Source: an archaeon (GTDB taxonomy: Archaea; Micrarchaeota; Micrarchaeia; Norongarragalinales; UBA97). Taken from it: a DNA stretch of 64,000 bases. The notes beneath the pieces are model-generated. The model was not told where the DNA came from, searched no databases, and saw only the letters and a list, made by a program, of their open reading frames with translations. The translations under genes were made by a program, and so were the position numbers. Positions 16,800 through 26,766 of this stretch are shown piece by piece; positions within the stretch are counted from its first letter, which is position 1; each line of letters starts with the position of its first letter. The stretch covers positions 64,001-128,000 of the forward strand of contig JAGVFW010000004.1 in assembly GCA_020057405.1 (NCBI GenBank), given 5' to 3'.

Positions 16800-19157
16800 A
16801 TGTTTCTCGTGGCACAGAAAACAGTTTACTGGTTTGCCGAGATTGACCGCTCGAGTTTAGCCATTGCAGGCGGCAAGGGCGCGAATTTGGGCGAAATGAC
16901 GAAAGCTGGCTTCCCCGTGCCGCCGGGCTTTTGCGTAAGCGCTGACGCCTACTTCCAGTTCATCAAAGAAAACGGCATCGACGAGATTATCCGCACCAAA
17001 CTCGCTGGGCTAAACGTCGAGGACAACAACACACTACAGCCCGCAAGCGTCGCAGTCAAGGACGCGATTCTTGGCGGCCGCATCCCCCAGTCCATCCGCG
17101 ACGAAATCATTTCCGCTTACGAGAAGCTCTGCGATTCGCCCGACACCGACGGCATCCACACGATTGGCAAGGAAGTTCTCGTTGCAGTAAGGAGCAGCGC
17201 GACTGCAGAAGACCTGCCCGAAGCTAGCTTCGCGGGACAGCAGGCGACTTACCTCAACATCAGAGGCGATGCTGGCGTTGTCGACGCCGTTCGACGGTGC
17301 TGGGCGTCGCTCTTTGAAGCGCGCGCGATTTACTACCGCCAGACGAACAACTTCGACCACCTCAAAGTCGGCCTCTCGGCTGTTGTGCAGCGCATGATTG
17401 AGAGCGAGTCAAGCGGAGTGATGTTCACGGCGGATCCTTTTACCGGCGATGTCGGCAAAATAGTGATTGAGGCGGGCTGGGGCCTTGGCGAAGCAATCGT
17501 CAGTGGCATGATAACACCCGACCATTTTGTCGTAAACAAAGCAGACCTTAGCTTGGAAGAAAAGCAGATTCACAAGCAGGACAAGATGATAGTCTTGTCT
17601 GGAGACGGGGACGCCGAGCTTGACGTGCCAGAAGAGCTTGCCGAGCGCCAAAAGCTCTCAGACGAGCACGTCATGGAACTTGCTGCAATAGGCAGGCACA
17701 TCGAAGACCACTATCACGCGCCCCAGGACATTGAGTGGGCCCTTGAGAAAGGAAAACTCTACATCGTGCAAAGCAGGGCGATTACAACTCTAAAGAAAGA
17801 ATCTAACACTAGGGGTGAAACCGCAATGGCAACTAGTCCAACTACTTCAGAAAAGAAAGTGCTGCTACGCGGTGCAGGCGCCTCCCCTGGAATCGCAAGC
17901 GGGCCCGTGCGCATCATTGCCGACGCAAGCGAGCTTGACCGCGTCAAGCAAGGCGATGTCCTGGTTACGCGCATGACTTCCCCCGACTATGTACCGGGCA
18001 TGAAGCGCGCAATTGCAATACTCACTGACGAGGGTGGCGCCACTTGCCACGCGGCAATAGTCAGCCGCGAGCTTGGCGTGCCATGCATTGTTGGAACCGG
18101 CAATGCAACTAAAGTTCTTCATGATGACCAGATTGTCACTGTTGATGCCAAGCGCGGCGTTGCTTATGAAGGAGTTGTTGACTTGGGCGAGGCCGGCAAG
18201 GCTGCGGCAGCCGGTGCGGCCGGACAATCCGGCGGCTTTGGCGGCGGGGCGGTAATCACTGGCACCAGAATTTACGTCAACCTGGCAGAACCCGAGCTTG
18301 CGGAGAAAGTCGCTGCGCACGACGTCGACGGCGTCGGCCTGCTTAGGGCCGAATTCATGATTGCCGGCATCGGCATTCACCCGAAAAAAATGATTAAGGA
18401 AGGCCGGCAGCAGGAGTTCATTGACAAGATTGCCGAAGGACTGCGCCAAGTATGCAGCGCTTTTGACAACCGGCCAGTCATCTACCGCGCAACCGACTTT
18501 AAGACTAATGAGTACCGCAACCTCGAAGGCGGAGCCGAGTTTGAGCCGCACGAAGAAAACCCGATGATTGGCTATCGCGGTTGCCTGCGCTACATTCATG
18601 ACCCCGAAGTATTCAACCTCGAGCTCGAGGCAATTAAGAAAGTGCGCAACGAGTACGGCATGAAGAACATCAACCTCATGATACCCGTAGTGCGCACGAT
18701 TGGCGAGTTCAAGCAAGTAAAGGCGCTCGTCGAGGCCTCAGGGTTAAAGCCCGGCCTTGACTTCAAGCTTGGCATCATGTGCGAAGTGCCGTCGACAGTC
18801 ATTTTGGCCAAGGAATTCTGCACTGCTGGCGCGCAGTTCTTCTCAATCGGGAGCAACGACCTCACGCAACTCACACTCGGCCTCGACCGGGACAATGCGG
18901 TTATTGCGGAAGAGTTTGACGAGCGCGACCCCGCAATTTACAAGAGCCTCGAGAAAGTAATTCGCGAGTGCCACGAGAATGGCGTGACAGTAGGCATTTG
19001 CGGACAAGCTCCTAGTGTCTATCCCGAGTTTGCTGAAAAACTAATTGAATTCGGCATCGACAGCATCAGCGTGAACCCCGACGTCATCGAGGCGACGCGA
19101 AAGCGCGTGGCTTCGGTAGAGATGCGACTGCTTTTGAAGAAGGCCCGCGAAAAGTAG
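16800..19157 (+). CDS. ppsA: Phosphoenolpyruvate synthase
   Basis: GGKGANLGE, AVRSSATAEDL, GGATCHAAIVSRELG, SIGSNDLTQ, GICGQAPS. Confidence 0.96.
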   Translation: MFLVAQKTVYWFAEIDRSSLAIAGGKGANLGEMTKAGFPVPPGFCVSADAYFQFIKENGIDEIIRTKLAGLNVEDNNTLQPASVAVKDAILGGRIPQSIRDEIISAYEKLCDSPDTDGIHTIGKEVLVAVRSSATAEDLPEASFAGQQATYLNIRGDAGVVDAVRRCWASLFEARAIYYRQTNNFDHLKVGLSAVVQRMIESESSGVMFTADPFTGDVGKIVIEAGWGLGEAIVSGMITPDHFVVNKADLSLEEKQIHKQDKMIVLSGDGDAELDVPEELAERQKLSDEHVMELAAIGRHIEDHYHAPQDIEWALEKGKLYIVQSRAITTLKKESNTRGETAMATSPTTSEKKVLLRGAGASPGIASGPVRIIADASELDRVKQGDVLVTRMTSPDYVPGMKRAIAILTDEGGATCHAAIVSRELGVPCIVGTGNATKVLHDDQIVTVDAKRGVAYEGVVDLGEAGKAAAAGAAGQSGGFGGGAVITGTRIYVNLAEPELAEKVAAHDVDGVGLLRAEFMIAGIGIHPKKMIKEGRQQEFIDKIAEGLRQVCSAFDNRPVIYRATDFKTNEYRNLEGGAEFEPHEENPMIGYRGCLRYIHDPEVFNLELEAIKKVRNEYGMKNINLMIPVVRTIGEFKQVKALVEASGLKPGLDFKLGIMCEVPSTVILAKEFCTAGAQFFSIGSNDLTQLTLGLDRDNAVIAEEFDERDPAIYKSLEKVIRECHENGVTVGICGQAPSVYPEFAEKLIEFGIDSISVNPDVIEATRKRVASVEMRLLLKKAREK

Positions 19158-19207
19158 ATTCCGCGTTCAGTCAGGCCCAATATTTTGGGCCTACAAATAT
19201 CGTGCCA

Positions 19208-19909
19208 CTAGCTTTTTCTTACGACTGTGCCGGCGTGCTTCTCACCAAGGATTGCAGCGCGCACTTGCGAAAGATCGCTGCCCTTGATGAAGTGGACGGT
19301 GATGTTGCTTCTTTGTGCTAGCTTGCAGGCGATTAAGTCAAAAACGAAATTAGTGCGCGCGAGCCTGTCGTCGCTCTTTACCGCAAGCTCAACGAGCTGG
19401 GCGTAAGTCATTGAATCGAACTTTTTGGCATTCGGATTCTTGCGCGGGTCTGAGTCGTAGACGCCGTCGACGTGACTAACATTGACGACAGACCTGGCGC
19501 CGATGCGCTCGGCGACGATGACGCTGCAGGCGTCAGTGGTGATGCCCTCGAGGAAACCCCCACCGACTGCGATTTGGCCCGCCTCTAGGGCGGCAGCGGC
19601 TTCGTCGGGAGTAGTGAACGGTTGCGGGCACGCTTTTCCGTTTAGCTCGCGGATGAGGATTGCCGCATTCTCGCGCGTTGCCTTGATGGCCGCGCGGTCG
19701 GAAAAAAATTCACTTCCGGTTTCAGCACGGGCCTTGATTGCGTACTCGCTTGCAAGCCTGCCGCCGCCGACCACGATTACAAGGTTTGGCACCTGCTCTC
19801 GCAGTTCAAGGATCAATTTCTCAAAAGCGCGCATGTACTCGACGTCGATGCCGTCGTCCTTTAGGTAGAGCATGCTTCCCCCAAGCGAGATGACGACGGG
19901 ATTGTTCAT
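19208..19909 (-). CDS. pyrH: Archaeal UMP kinase
   Basis: VISLGGS, VVGGG, TTDA, VDGVYDSDPRKNP. Confidence 0.93.
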   Translation of the reverse strand: MNNPVVISLGGSMLYLKDDGIDVEYMRAFEKLILELREQVPNLVIVVGGGRLASEYAIKARAETGSEFFSDRAAIKATRENAAILIRELNGKACPQPFTTPDEAAAALEAGQIAVGGGFLEGITTDACSVIVAERIGARSVVNVSHVDGVYDSDPRKNPNAKKFDSMTYAQLVELAVKSDDRLARTNFVFDLIACKLAQRSNITVHFIKGSDLSQVRAAILGEKHAGTVVRKS

Positions 19910-19935
19910 ACGCAGTTCTTTCTCCGGCATAACGG

Positions 19936-20577
19936 TTAAATGGCTTTTGAGTCGCGCGTGTTTATGATGACATCATTTAGGAGTAGGAAGGCCTTTTGGG
20001 CGTCGTTTAACTTGAAGAGAAGCACTTGGTCGGCGTTGCAGGTGAGCGTTTCCTCTAGGTTGACGCCGGCCGACGCGATTGACGCGAGGAAGTAGACTAC
20101 GACACCAGGGGTGGCCGTCGCTTCCACGGGGCGTTTTATCGTGATTGCAGCCAAGTGATGGCGGATTTCAAGGCCGCTTACAAGGGACGGGTCGGCCTTT
20201 GAAATCGAGCGCTCGTCGACGACCAGGTTAGTCGAGCTTGGCCCCTGTACGATGTGGTGCACGCTTAGGGCCGACGCCAGTTTCTTCCAGTCCGAGCCAG
20301 GCGGCAGGGTAATTACAGCGATGTTGGGACGAAGCTCAATTGAAGACTCGGAGACGACGCGTCTGAGGCGCTTGTCGTGCTCGCCCTCAACCGACGATTC
20401 TGCAAAGCGCTTGATTGCACTGACTACGGCTTCGGTGTTTGAAATGCCAAGGCGGTCGGCGAGGAGGCGGGCAAGGGCGCTGTAATTGACTATGCCGAGC
20501 TTGAGTCCCTCGGCAATGCTGGGGCGCTCCTGCAGCGCTTTTCGAACCTTCTTTGCAACTGAATCAGATTCAGACAT
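19936..20577 (-). CDS. Archaeal HTH plus ACT-domain regulatory protein
   Basis: GIVNYSALAR N-terminal motif and TPGVV..LA..GVNLEE ACT-like C-terminus. Confidence 0.75.
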   Translation of the reverse strand: MSESDSVAKKVRKALQERPSIAEGLKLGIVNYSALARLLADRLGISNTEAVVSAIKRFAESSVEGEHDKRLRRVVSESSIELRPNIAVITLPPGSDWKKLASALSVHHIVQGPSSTNLVVDERSISKADPSLVSGLEIRHHLAAITIKRPVEATATPGVVVYFLASIASAGVNLEETLTCNADQVLLFKLNDAQKAFLLLNDVIINTRDSKAI

Positions 20578-20816
20578 AGTAAACGCCCACCATAGATAGG
20601 AGGCAAGCAAACGATTTAAACCCCTGCAAACCGGCCACTTTCTACGCGAAAAGGCCGGAAACGGCCGAAACTTCTTTATAATCGGCAAAGGAAATTAAAA
20701 AGAGGCGGAGAACCAACGCAACCCCAAGGAGGCAATCCGATAATTTGCTTTGCTCTTCTCCCCCTCATCCCGTTTTTGTAACTGGATTAAAAGCCTTCGA
20801 CCACACCTACTCTACT

Positions 20817-21389
20817 ATGAAAGAGTTGCATGCAGTTGAAGAGTCGATTAAGCGCATAGTCGGCGAGTTGTCCGAAAAGGAAAAGCGCCAGGATGAGGTA
20901 TTAAAACTCCAACGCGAAGTCATCCGCGACTGCGCACTAGCGATACGCCATCTCCACACCGGCGACTTGAAGGAAGCCGAAAAGACTACCGCAATAGCGG
21001 AGAAGAAACTAAAGCAAGTGTCGCTAATCGACAAGGGCCTCAAGCACAACTCAGCACAATGCTTCCAGGAGTTCGTCGAAGTCCGCTCGCTCCTCGCGCT
21101 CGTACAGCGAAAGGCAGTGCCGTCGCAAGACGAGCTTGGCGTTGATACTGTCGCTTACCTAAACGGCCTTGCCGACACTTCGGGCGAACTTCGCCGCGCG
21201 ATGCAAATCGCGCTTGGCGACGGGAAGAGGAAGGACGCGCAATACTATTTCGACTGCCTAAGCGAATTGTACGACAACTTGATGCTAGTGAAGTTCAGCT
21301 CCTCGCTCGTCGGCCCGCTAAAGCACAAGCAGGACGTCGTGCGCTCGCAGGTAGAGCAGGCCCGAAGCGAAATGCTTAGGAGCAGTTAA
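20817..21389 (+). CDS. Translin/Trax (C3PO) family RNA-binding protein
   Basis: QEFVE, YLNGLADTSGELRR, LKHKQD motifs. Confidence 0.88.
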   Translation: MKELHAVEESIKRIVGELSEKEKRQDEVLKLQREVIRDCALAIRHLHTGDLKEAEKTTAIAEKKLKQVSLIDKGLKHNSAQCFQEFVEVRSLLALVQRKAVPSQDELGVDTVAYLNGLADTSGELRRAMQIALGDGKRKDAQYYFDCLSELYDNLMLVKFSSSLVGPLKHKQDVVRSQVEQARSEMLRSS

Positions 21390-21435
21390 TAGAACGTCGA
21401 TGCACTAAACGATTACCGGTAGGCATAGGGAAAAA

Positions 21436-22746
21436 ATGCTAGACATTCGATTCGTGAGAAAAGAGCCAGACTCCATTCGCGCTAGCCTGGCCAAGCGCGG
21501 CGATGCTGCAAAACTCGAGCTATTCGAGAAACTAATCATCGACGACGAGCTCTACCGCAAGAAACTGCAGGAAACCGAGGCTCTGCGCGCCAGACGCAAC
21601 GCGGTTACCAAGCAAGTCGCTGACGCGATGAAGGCCGGCGACAAGAAAAAGGCCGAAGAATTCAAGGCAGAGGCCGCAAACATCCCCGACGCCATCAAGG
21701 CAGCTGAGATGGAAATGCAGGTTATCCAGGAACGCGCCAAGTACGCACTCACTCACTTACCCAACGTCCTGCACGACACCGTACCAGTTGGCGAGGGAGC
21801 GGCAGGCAACATCGTAGTCCGTACCTGGGGCGAGGCGAAAGCCGCGCACGCTAGCCTCAAGCCCCACGGCGAGTTTGCCGAAGAGAACGGCTGGGCCGAC
21901 TTTAATCGCGCGGCAAAGGCAACAGGTGCGGGATTCGTCTACCTCTTGGGCGACTTGACACGACTTGACTTTGCAATGCAGCTCTTTGCCCTCGACTGCC
22001 TTGAGAAGAAAGGGTTCACCCCCGTGCAGGTGCCCCTGCTGCTTGACAAGAAGCCCTACGAGGCAGTCACAGACCTCTCCGACTTCGAAAACGTCATGTA
22101 CAAAATAGACGGCGAGGACAAGTACCTCATTGCGACTAGCGAGCACGCCCTTGGCGCAATGTTTGCTAGCGAGACTTTTGACCCCGACGACCTGCCAGTC
22201 AAGCTTGCAGGCGTCAGCCCGTGCTTCCGCCGCGAGATTGGCTCTCATGGCGTTGACACGCGCGGACTCTTCCGCATGCACCAGTTCAACAAAGTCGAGC
22301 AATTCGTCTTTAGCCGGCCCGACCAGTCGTGGAAAATCCACGAAGAGCTAATCGCAAATGCCGAGGAATTCTTCCAGGCACTCAGACTGCCTTACCGCAT
22401 AGTGAATTTGTGCACTGGCGACATGGGCACGGTCGCCGCGAAGAAGTACGACCTCGAAGTGTGGATGCCGCGGGAGGGCGCGTACCGCGAGGCGGTCAGT
22501 TGCTCTAACTGCACTGACTACCAGGCCGTTGGCCTGGCCGTGCGCTATCGCCTCAAGAAAGGCGGGGAAGAGAAGGAGTACGCGCACACGCTAAACTCAA
22601 CGCAAGTTGCAACTTCACGGGCCATGCGCGCAGTCTTGGAGAATTTCCAAACTGAAGATGGCACAGTTGTAGTGCCTAACTGCCTGCGCAAGTACATGAA
22701 CGACGTCGAATTCCTCCGCCCAGTCAAGAGGCCGGCGACGACGTGA
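21436..22746 (+). CDS. serS: Serine--tRNA ligase (canonical type)
   Basis: LIATSE, CFRREIG..DTRGLFRMHQFNKVEQF, SCSNCTDYQ, HTLNST. Confidence 0.97.
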   Translation: MLDIRFVRKEPDSIRASLAKRGDAAKLELFEKLIIDDELYRKKLQETEALRARRNAVTKQVADAMKAGDKKKAEEFKAEAANIPDAIKAAEMEMQVIQERAKYALTHLPNVLHDTVPVGEGAAGNIVVRTWGEAKAAHASLKPHGEFAEENGWADFNRAAKATGAGFVYLLGDLTRLDFAMQLFALDCLEKKGFTPVQVPLLLDKKPYEAVTDLSDFENVMYKIDGEDKYLIATSEHALGAMFASETFDPDDLPVKLAGVSPCFRREIGSHGVDTRGLFRMHQFNKVEQFVFSRPDQSWKIHEELIANAEEFFQALRLPYRIVNLCTGDMGTVAAKKYDLEVWMPREGAYREAVSCSNCTDYQAVGLAVRYRLKKGGEEKEYAHTLNSTQVATSRAMRAVLENFQTEDGTVVVPNCLRKYMNDVEFLRPVKRPATT

Positions 22747-22750
22747 TAAT

Positions 22751-23365
22751 GTGTTTAACCTATTCCGGCGAAAACCGGTAAAACTATCTATCGGAATAAA
22801 ACATGGCGTGAACCTATTCGATTCACCTAAAGACAATGAAAAGCGTAAGCTAAAACTTATTTCCAAAATCAAAACTCAAATCGACCGCGCCTTTAAAAAC
22901 GGCGCTCGGTCCATAGCAATCGAATTGACGCAATCCGAACTCGAAACCGTGACAGAAAATGGCGTCGATGCTGAAGCTCACGGAAAACTTATGAAAAGCT
23001 GGAACTTTGGCGTAGAGCCCGAAGGACTTCCCTTGGCTCCGTTTCTACAAGCAGCGGTTCACGCCAAAAAGTTAGGCATGAAAATAACGCCAATAGACTC
23101 TGCGCAAAATAAAACGGTTGCCATCCGCATCCTCGGACAAGCACACCCCGAATTGCTGCGCGCATTGGCGGGCTTTCCCGACGCTAAGAAAAATCTTGAG
23201 CAGATAAAGAATGCAGTCGTGAAGATTAGGAAAAAGGTAGATCCGCTGTTTTTGAAAAGAATACAAAATGCAGATTCCGACATCATTTTGTACGGCTCTA
23301 GCCATCAGGATACCCTAAAGTCAGATTTGAAAAACTACAAGCACATTAAGATAGAATTATGGTGA
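22751..23365 (+). CDS. Hypothetical protein, possibly TraB/ChaN/EreA-like fold
   Basis: Motif order IGIKHG, IAIE, A.K.G..I.PID, YGSSH; visibly AT-richer than neighbours. Confidence 0.55.
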   Translation: MFNLFRRKPVKLSIGIKHGVNLFDSPKDNEKRKLKLISKIKTQIDRAFKNGARSIAIELTQSELETVTENGVDAEAHGKLMKSWNFGVEPEGLPLAPFLQAAVHAKKLGMKITPIDSAQNKTVAIRILGQAHPELLRALAGFPDAKKNLEQIKNAVVKIRKKVDPLFLKRIQNADSDIILYGSSHQDTLKSDLKNYKHIKIELW

Positions 23366-23370
23366 ACTGA

Positions 23371-24582
23371 ATGTCAATTGATGCGAAGAGCAAGGAAGTT
23401 TACGAGTTCAAGAAGCAGCTAAAAGCACTGGAAAGCTACCGCGGCAGGGGCACCGAGCTCATCACAGTCTACATCACCCCCGGCTACCAAATCAGCGACA
23501 TCATGGGCAAGCTAAAAGAGGAAGCCGGCCAGGCGACCAACATCAAGAGCACGGGAACGCGCAACAACGTTACCGACGCGCTTGCCAAGATTATTGCGTA
23601 TCTAAAAAACTTCAAGACTCCGCCACAAAACGGCATGGCGATATTCTGCGGCAACGTCTCGGAAACCGAAGGCAAGCCGGACATCCAGCTCTTTAGCATC
23701 GAGCCTCCGGCGCCACTGCACGTGCAGTTCTACCGCTGCGAAAGCATCTTCGTGCTGGACCCGCTAAGGGAGCTCATCGAGCACGAGGGCGCCTACGGAT
23801 TGGTCGTGATGGACGGAAAGGAAGCGACGGTCGCGGTCCTTCGCGGCAAGAACATCAAGGTCATCAAGCAAATCCACTCGACGGCTCACGCAAAAACTCA
23901 CAAAGGCGGCCAAAGTGCCGCACGATTCCAGCGCCTTCGCGAGGAAGGCATCGAGTGGTTCCAGGAACGAATAGGCGAGGCAATGAACGCGTTTCTTGAA
24001 GTCAAGGGGTTCAAGGGCGTGATTGCCGGCGGGCCGGGCCCCGCGAAAGAGGATTTCATCAAAGCAAAGCCTTTCAACTACCAGCTAAAGATTCTCGCAG
24101 TCGTTGACACGGGCTATACCGACGAGTACGGCCTGCGCGAACTGCTCGACAAGGCGGGAGAAGTCATTTCCGAGCAGGAATCGGTCGTCGAGAAGAAACT
24201 GGTTGCGGAGTTCATGAGCCAGGCCGCGCGAGGGGGCGCCGTAGTCTACGGCTACGACGCGGTAAAGCAGGCGATTGAGGCCAACCAAGCCAAGCAAGTG
24301 CTTGTGACCGAGAACCAGAACTTCTACAAGCTCGACCTGCAGTGCTCGGCCTGCAACTTCACTTCGACGATGACAAGCACGAACAACATTTTCGAGTCCG
24401 ACTGCCCCAACTGCAAGAGCGGCAAGCTAAGGAGCGTCAAAAGCACCGACTTGATTAACGAGCTAATCGGCATGGCCGAGGACCGGTCTGTGCCGGTTGA
24501 AATGATTTCAAACGAGACTAGCGAAGGCGAGCAGTTCGCCGGCGGCTTCCACGGCATCGGCGCTTTCCTAAGGTATAAATAG
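23371..24582 (+). CDS. prf1: Peptide chain release factor aRF1
   Basis: NIKS, YRCE, GGQSAARF motifs; C-terminal Zn ribbon. Confidence 0.97.
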   Translation: MSIDAKSKEVYEFKKQLKALESYRGRGTELITVYITPGYQISDIMGKLKEEAGQATNIKSTGTRNNVTDALAKIIAYLKNFKTPPQNGMAIFCGNVSETEGKPDIQLFSIEPPAPLHVQFYRCESIFVLDPLRELIEHEGAYGLVVMDGKEATVAVLRGKNIKVIKQIHSTAHAKTHKGGQSAARFQRLREEGIEWFQERIGEAMNAFLEVKGFKGVIAGGPGPAKEDFIKAKPFNYQLKILAVVDTGYTDEYGLRELLDKAGEVISEQESVVEKKLVAEFMSQAARGGAVVYGYDAVKQAIEANQAKQVLVTENQNFYKLDLQCSACNFTSTMTSTNNIFESDCPNCKSGKLRSVKSTDLINELIGMAEDRSVPVEMISNETSEGEQFAGGFHGIGAFLRYK

Positions 24583-24607
24583 GCTAAAAATCGAGAGAGT
24601 AATCAAA

Positions 24608-24859
24608 ATGGGCCTGCTTGAAAACATCGGAAACAACATTGTCGAGAGCCTCACGAGCAGCCTGCGCAGGTTCGCGTCGTTCATATTCCTGCTATTCGCC
24701 TTAGGCGTCGCCTACGGCGCCCTCATCATCACGCACAACCCGGCAATGCTCGTCTGGGCAATCGGCATACCCGTCCTCCTAGCCGTTCTCGCCTACTTCA
24801 ACACCGCCTTTGCGGTCATCAGCTTCATCCTGCTCGGACTACTGCTGCTAGTGTTCTAA
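24608..24859 (+). CDS. Small membrane protein
   Basis: 83 aa, about 3 hydrophobic segments. Confidence 0.7.
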   Translation: MGLLENIGNNIVESLTSSLRRFASFIFLLFALGVAYGALIITHNPAMLVWAIGIPVLLAVLAYFNTAFAVISFILLGLLLLVF

Positions 24860-24945
24860 AGCGGTAAAGGAAAGGGCATAAGCCATTTTAAGCACTGGCG
24901 CGGTACTTTCTCTGGCGCGGCAACCTGCGCCGGAAATGCACGGGA

Positions 24946-25617
24946 ATGAAACTACAACCGCCATCGTTTGACCGCGAGCAAGTCCTCTTGACGCTAGACA
25001 AGCTTTTGGGCGTCAACCGCAAGTCCCACGCAAAGGAACACAAACTCAAGTGGAAACTCCCCGAACAAAGACTTTCGTTTTCACTCAAGGACGCCGAACT
25101 CACCGTCGCGGGCCTAAAGAAAAACAGCGTGCGCTTCGTAGGGGGAGGGGAATACTCGGAAATAGTGCACGCCAAGGACATGGGCGGAATGTTCGCCTAC
25201 ATGCTCGTCCGCACCGACTCGAAAACAGAAGAAGAGACTATTGTCGCCGAGACTTACATGCTGCAGGAAGAAGACAAGCTCGGCTTTGACATCACAAGCG
25301 CATTCAAGTTCGCCGAAGACCTCGAACAAATCGGTTACGTGAAGGCATTTGACCGCGAGTACGACGTGTGGCGCTTCCTCTACTTCGAAGTGCCGGTCAC
25401 AGTTTACGCAATCAGGGGCTTTGGTGACTTCCTTGAGCTCGCACTGCCGGCAACCAACTTCCCGCGCCAACGCGAGCGGGCGCAAAAGCACGCTTACGAA
25501 CTTGCCGAAAAGCTTGGCTTCAAGAAGGAAGAGGCAATGGGCACCGACGTCGTCACCCTCCAGCTAGCAGCCATGATGGACGCGGCGCAAAAAGGCGGGC
25601 AAAAGCAAAGGCGCTGA
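24946..25617 (+). CDS. Divergent CYTH-like (class IV adenylate cyclase / triphosphate tunnel) protein
   Basis: LEQIGY....R.....F....V.V..I.GFGDFLE pattern; N-terminal ExExK not visible. Confidence 0.55.
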   Translation: MKLQPPSFDREQVLLTLDKLLGVNRKSHAKEHKLKWKLPEQRLSFSLKDAELTVAGLKKNSVRFVGGGEYSEIVHAKDMGGMFAYMLVRTDSKTEEETIVAETYMLQEEDKLGFDITSAFKFAEDLEQIGYVKAFDREYDVWRFLYFEVPVTVYAIRGFGDFLELALPATNFPRQRERAQKHAYELAEKLGFKKEEAMGTDVVTLQLAAMMDAAQKGGQKQRR

Positions 25618-25742
25618 AGCGCAGCCAAGGATAGTTCAAATCCCTCCACGCAGCCTGTATCTTTCTAGGGTCTTCCATTTTCTTTAAGGAATGGCCTAAG
25701 GAAAAGCAAGCATTAAATAGATTAGGAAAGTTAAGTTATTTT

Positions 25743-26669
25743 ATGAAAATTCTTGCGGCAATAGCCGTTATATTGGCCCTCGTAATGCTCGGTTGCTTGA
25801 CTAATTCGACATCCCAAAACGATGTTTTGCCAGAAAACCAAACCACGCCAACGCCATCTTCCAGCATTGCCGCCTCCCCTACCGCCAGCCCTAGCACTAT
25901 CGGCTACCCGAAGATAGGCGGGTCCAATGAAAAAATCATTCGACCACAAGAATGTCCGGACAAAGCAAGATTTGTTATAGAACAAAAAGGATTTGCAGAT
26001 ATACGCTCATGTCGGCAGCAAGAACAAGCCATTGACGGCAAAACTGCTTGGTTTGTTGAAATTTATTATGGTCCTGGAATGGATTGTCCTGCGGGATGTA
26101 TTTATGCTAAATTTCTAGGGATAGTGGACGGAACAGAAATTCATGAACTGGGGCTTGCCCCCCGAATTAATTTCAACGATTTTATTCAGGAGGTATGTGG
26201 CTCTGAAACTAAAATTATCAAATATAAAGATACTTACAAATGGGCGGTTTTCTTTAATGGAACCCCGGGTGGGAAAGCGGTTTACCTAATAAATGAAACG
26301 ATTACTAAGCCTGGACTTGAATACCCGTATTCAGGATGGGACGGATGGGACACGACAGAACTTACTATAAACGAATATATCGCTCCGAAAATATGCAGTG
26401 AGGGTAATTGTCACCCGTACCTTGGCCCATATCACTACCTGGATTTTGATGAGTTTATGGCCGTCAAAGGGACCGAACTGTTCGACAATCTGGGAATTAA
26501 TATATCTCAATTACAAAGAACCAACAATAGAGCTACGGTGGAAGTGAAGTGCGTAGATAAAAAAGCTATCGCAGATGTCGAAATTCTTGATAATAAAACT
26601 AATTGTAAATACAAATTCAACTTGCATTTAGATGGCAGTAATGATGACTACCTAGGATGTAAGCCTTAA
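25743..26669 (+). CDS. AT-rich hypothetical lipoprotein
   Basis: Signal peptide ending MLGC, Ser/Thr/Pro linker, Cys-rich body (DCPAGC). Confidence 0.75.
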   Translation: MKILAAIAVILALVMLGCLTNSTSQNDVLPENQTTPTPSSSIAASPTASPSTIGYPKIGGSNEKIIRPQECPDKARFVIEQKGFADIRSCRQQEQAIDGKTAWFVEIYYGPGMDCPAGCIYAKFLGIVDGTEIHELGLAPRINFNDFIQEVCGSETKIIKYKDTYKWAVFFNGTPGGKAVYLINETITKPGLEYPYSGWDGWDTTELTINEYIAPKICSEGNCHPYLGPYHYLDFDEFMAVKGTELFDNLGINISQLQRTNNRATVEVKCVDKKAIADVEILDNKTNCKYKFNLHLDGSNDDYLGCKP

Positions 26670-26766
26670 ACAACAAATACAATTGTTCATGTGGAATTGG
26701 GCCTGATTTTACGGGGTGTTCTTCTAGCCCATATCTAAGCTTACTCCCCCTGCACTTAGTCCCAGT

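Noticed and set aside
17865-18716. Long antisense ORF (283 aa) inside ppsA, and similar shadow ORFs across the window
   Set aside because: Shadow frames of GC-rich, codon-biased genes with no motifs.
25629-25655. tRNA T-loop-like sequence GGATAGTTCAAATCCCTCCACGCAGC next to the AT-rich islet
   Set aside because: The T stem has two mismatches, and no D or anticodon arm or matching tRNA is in the window; at most a decayed att-like relic.
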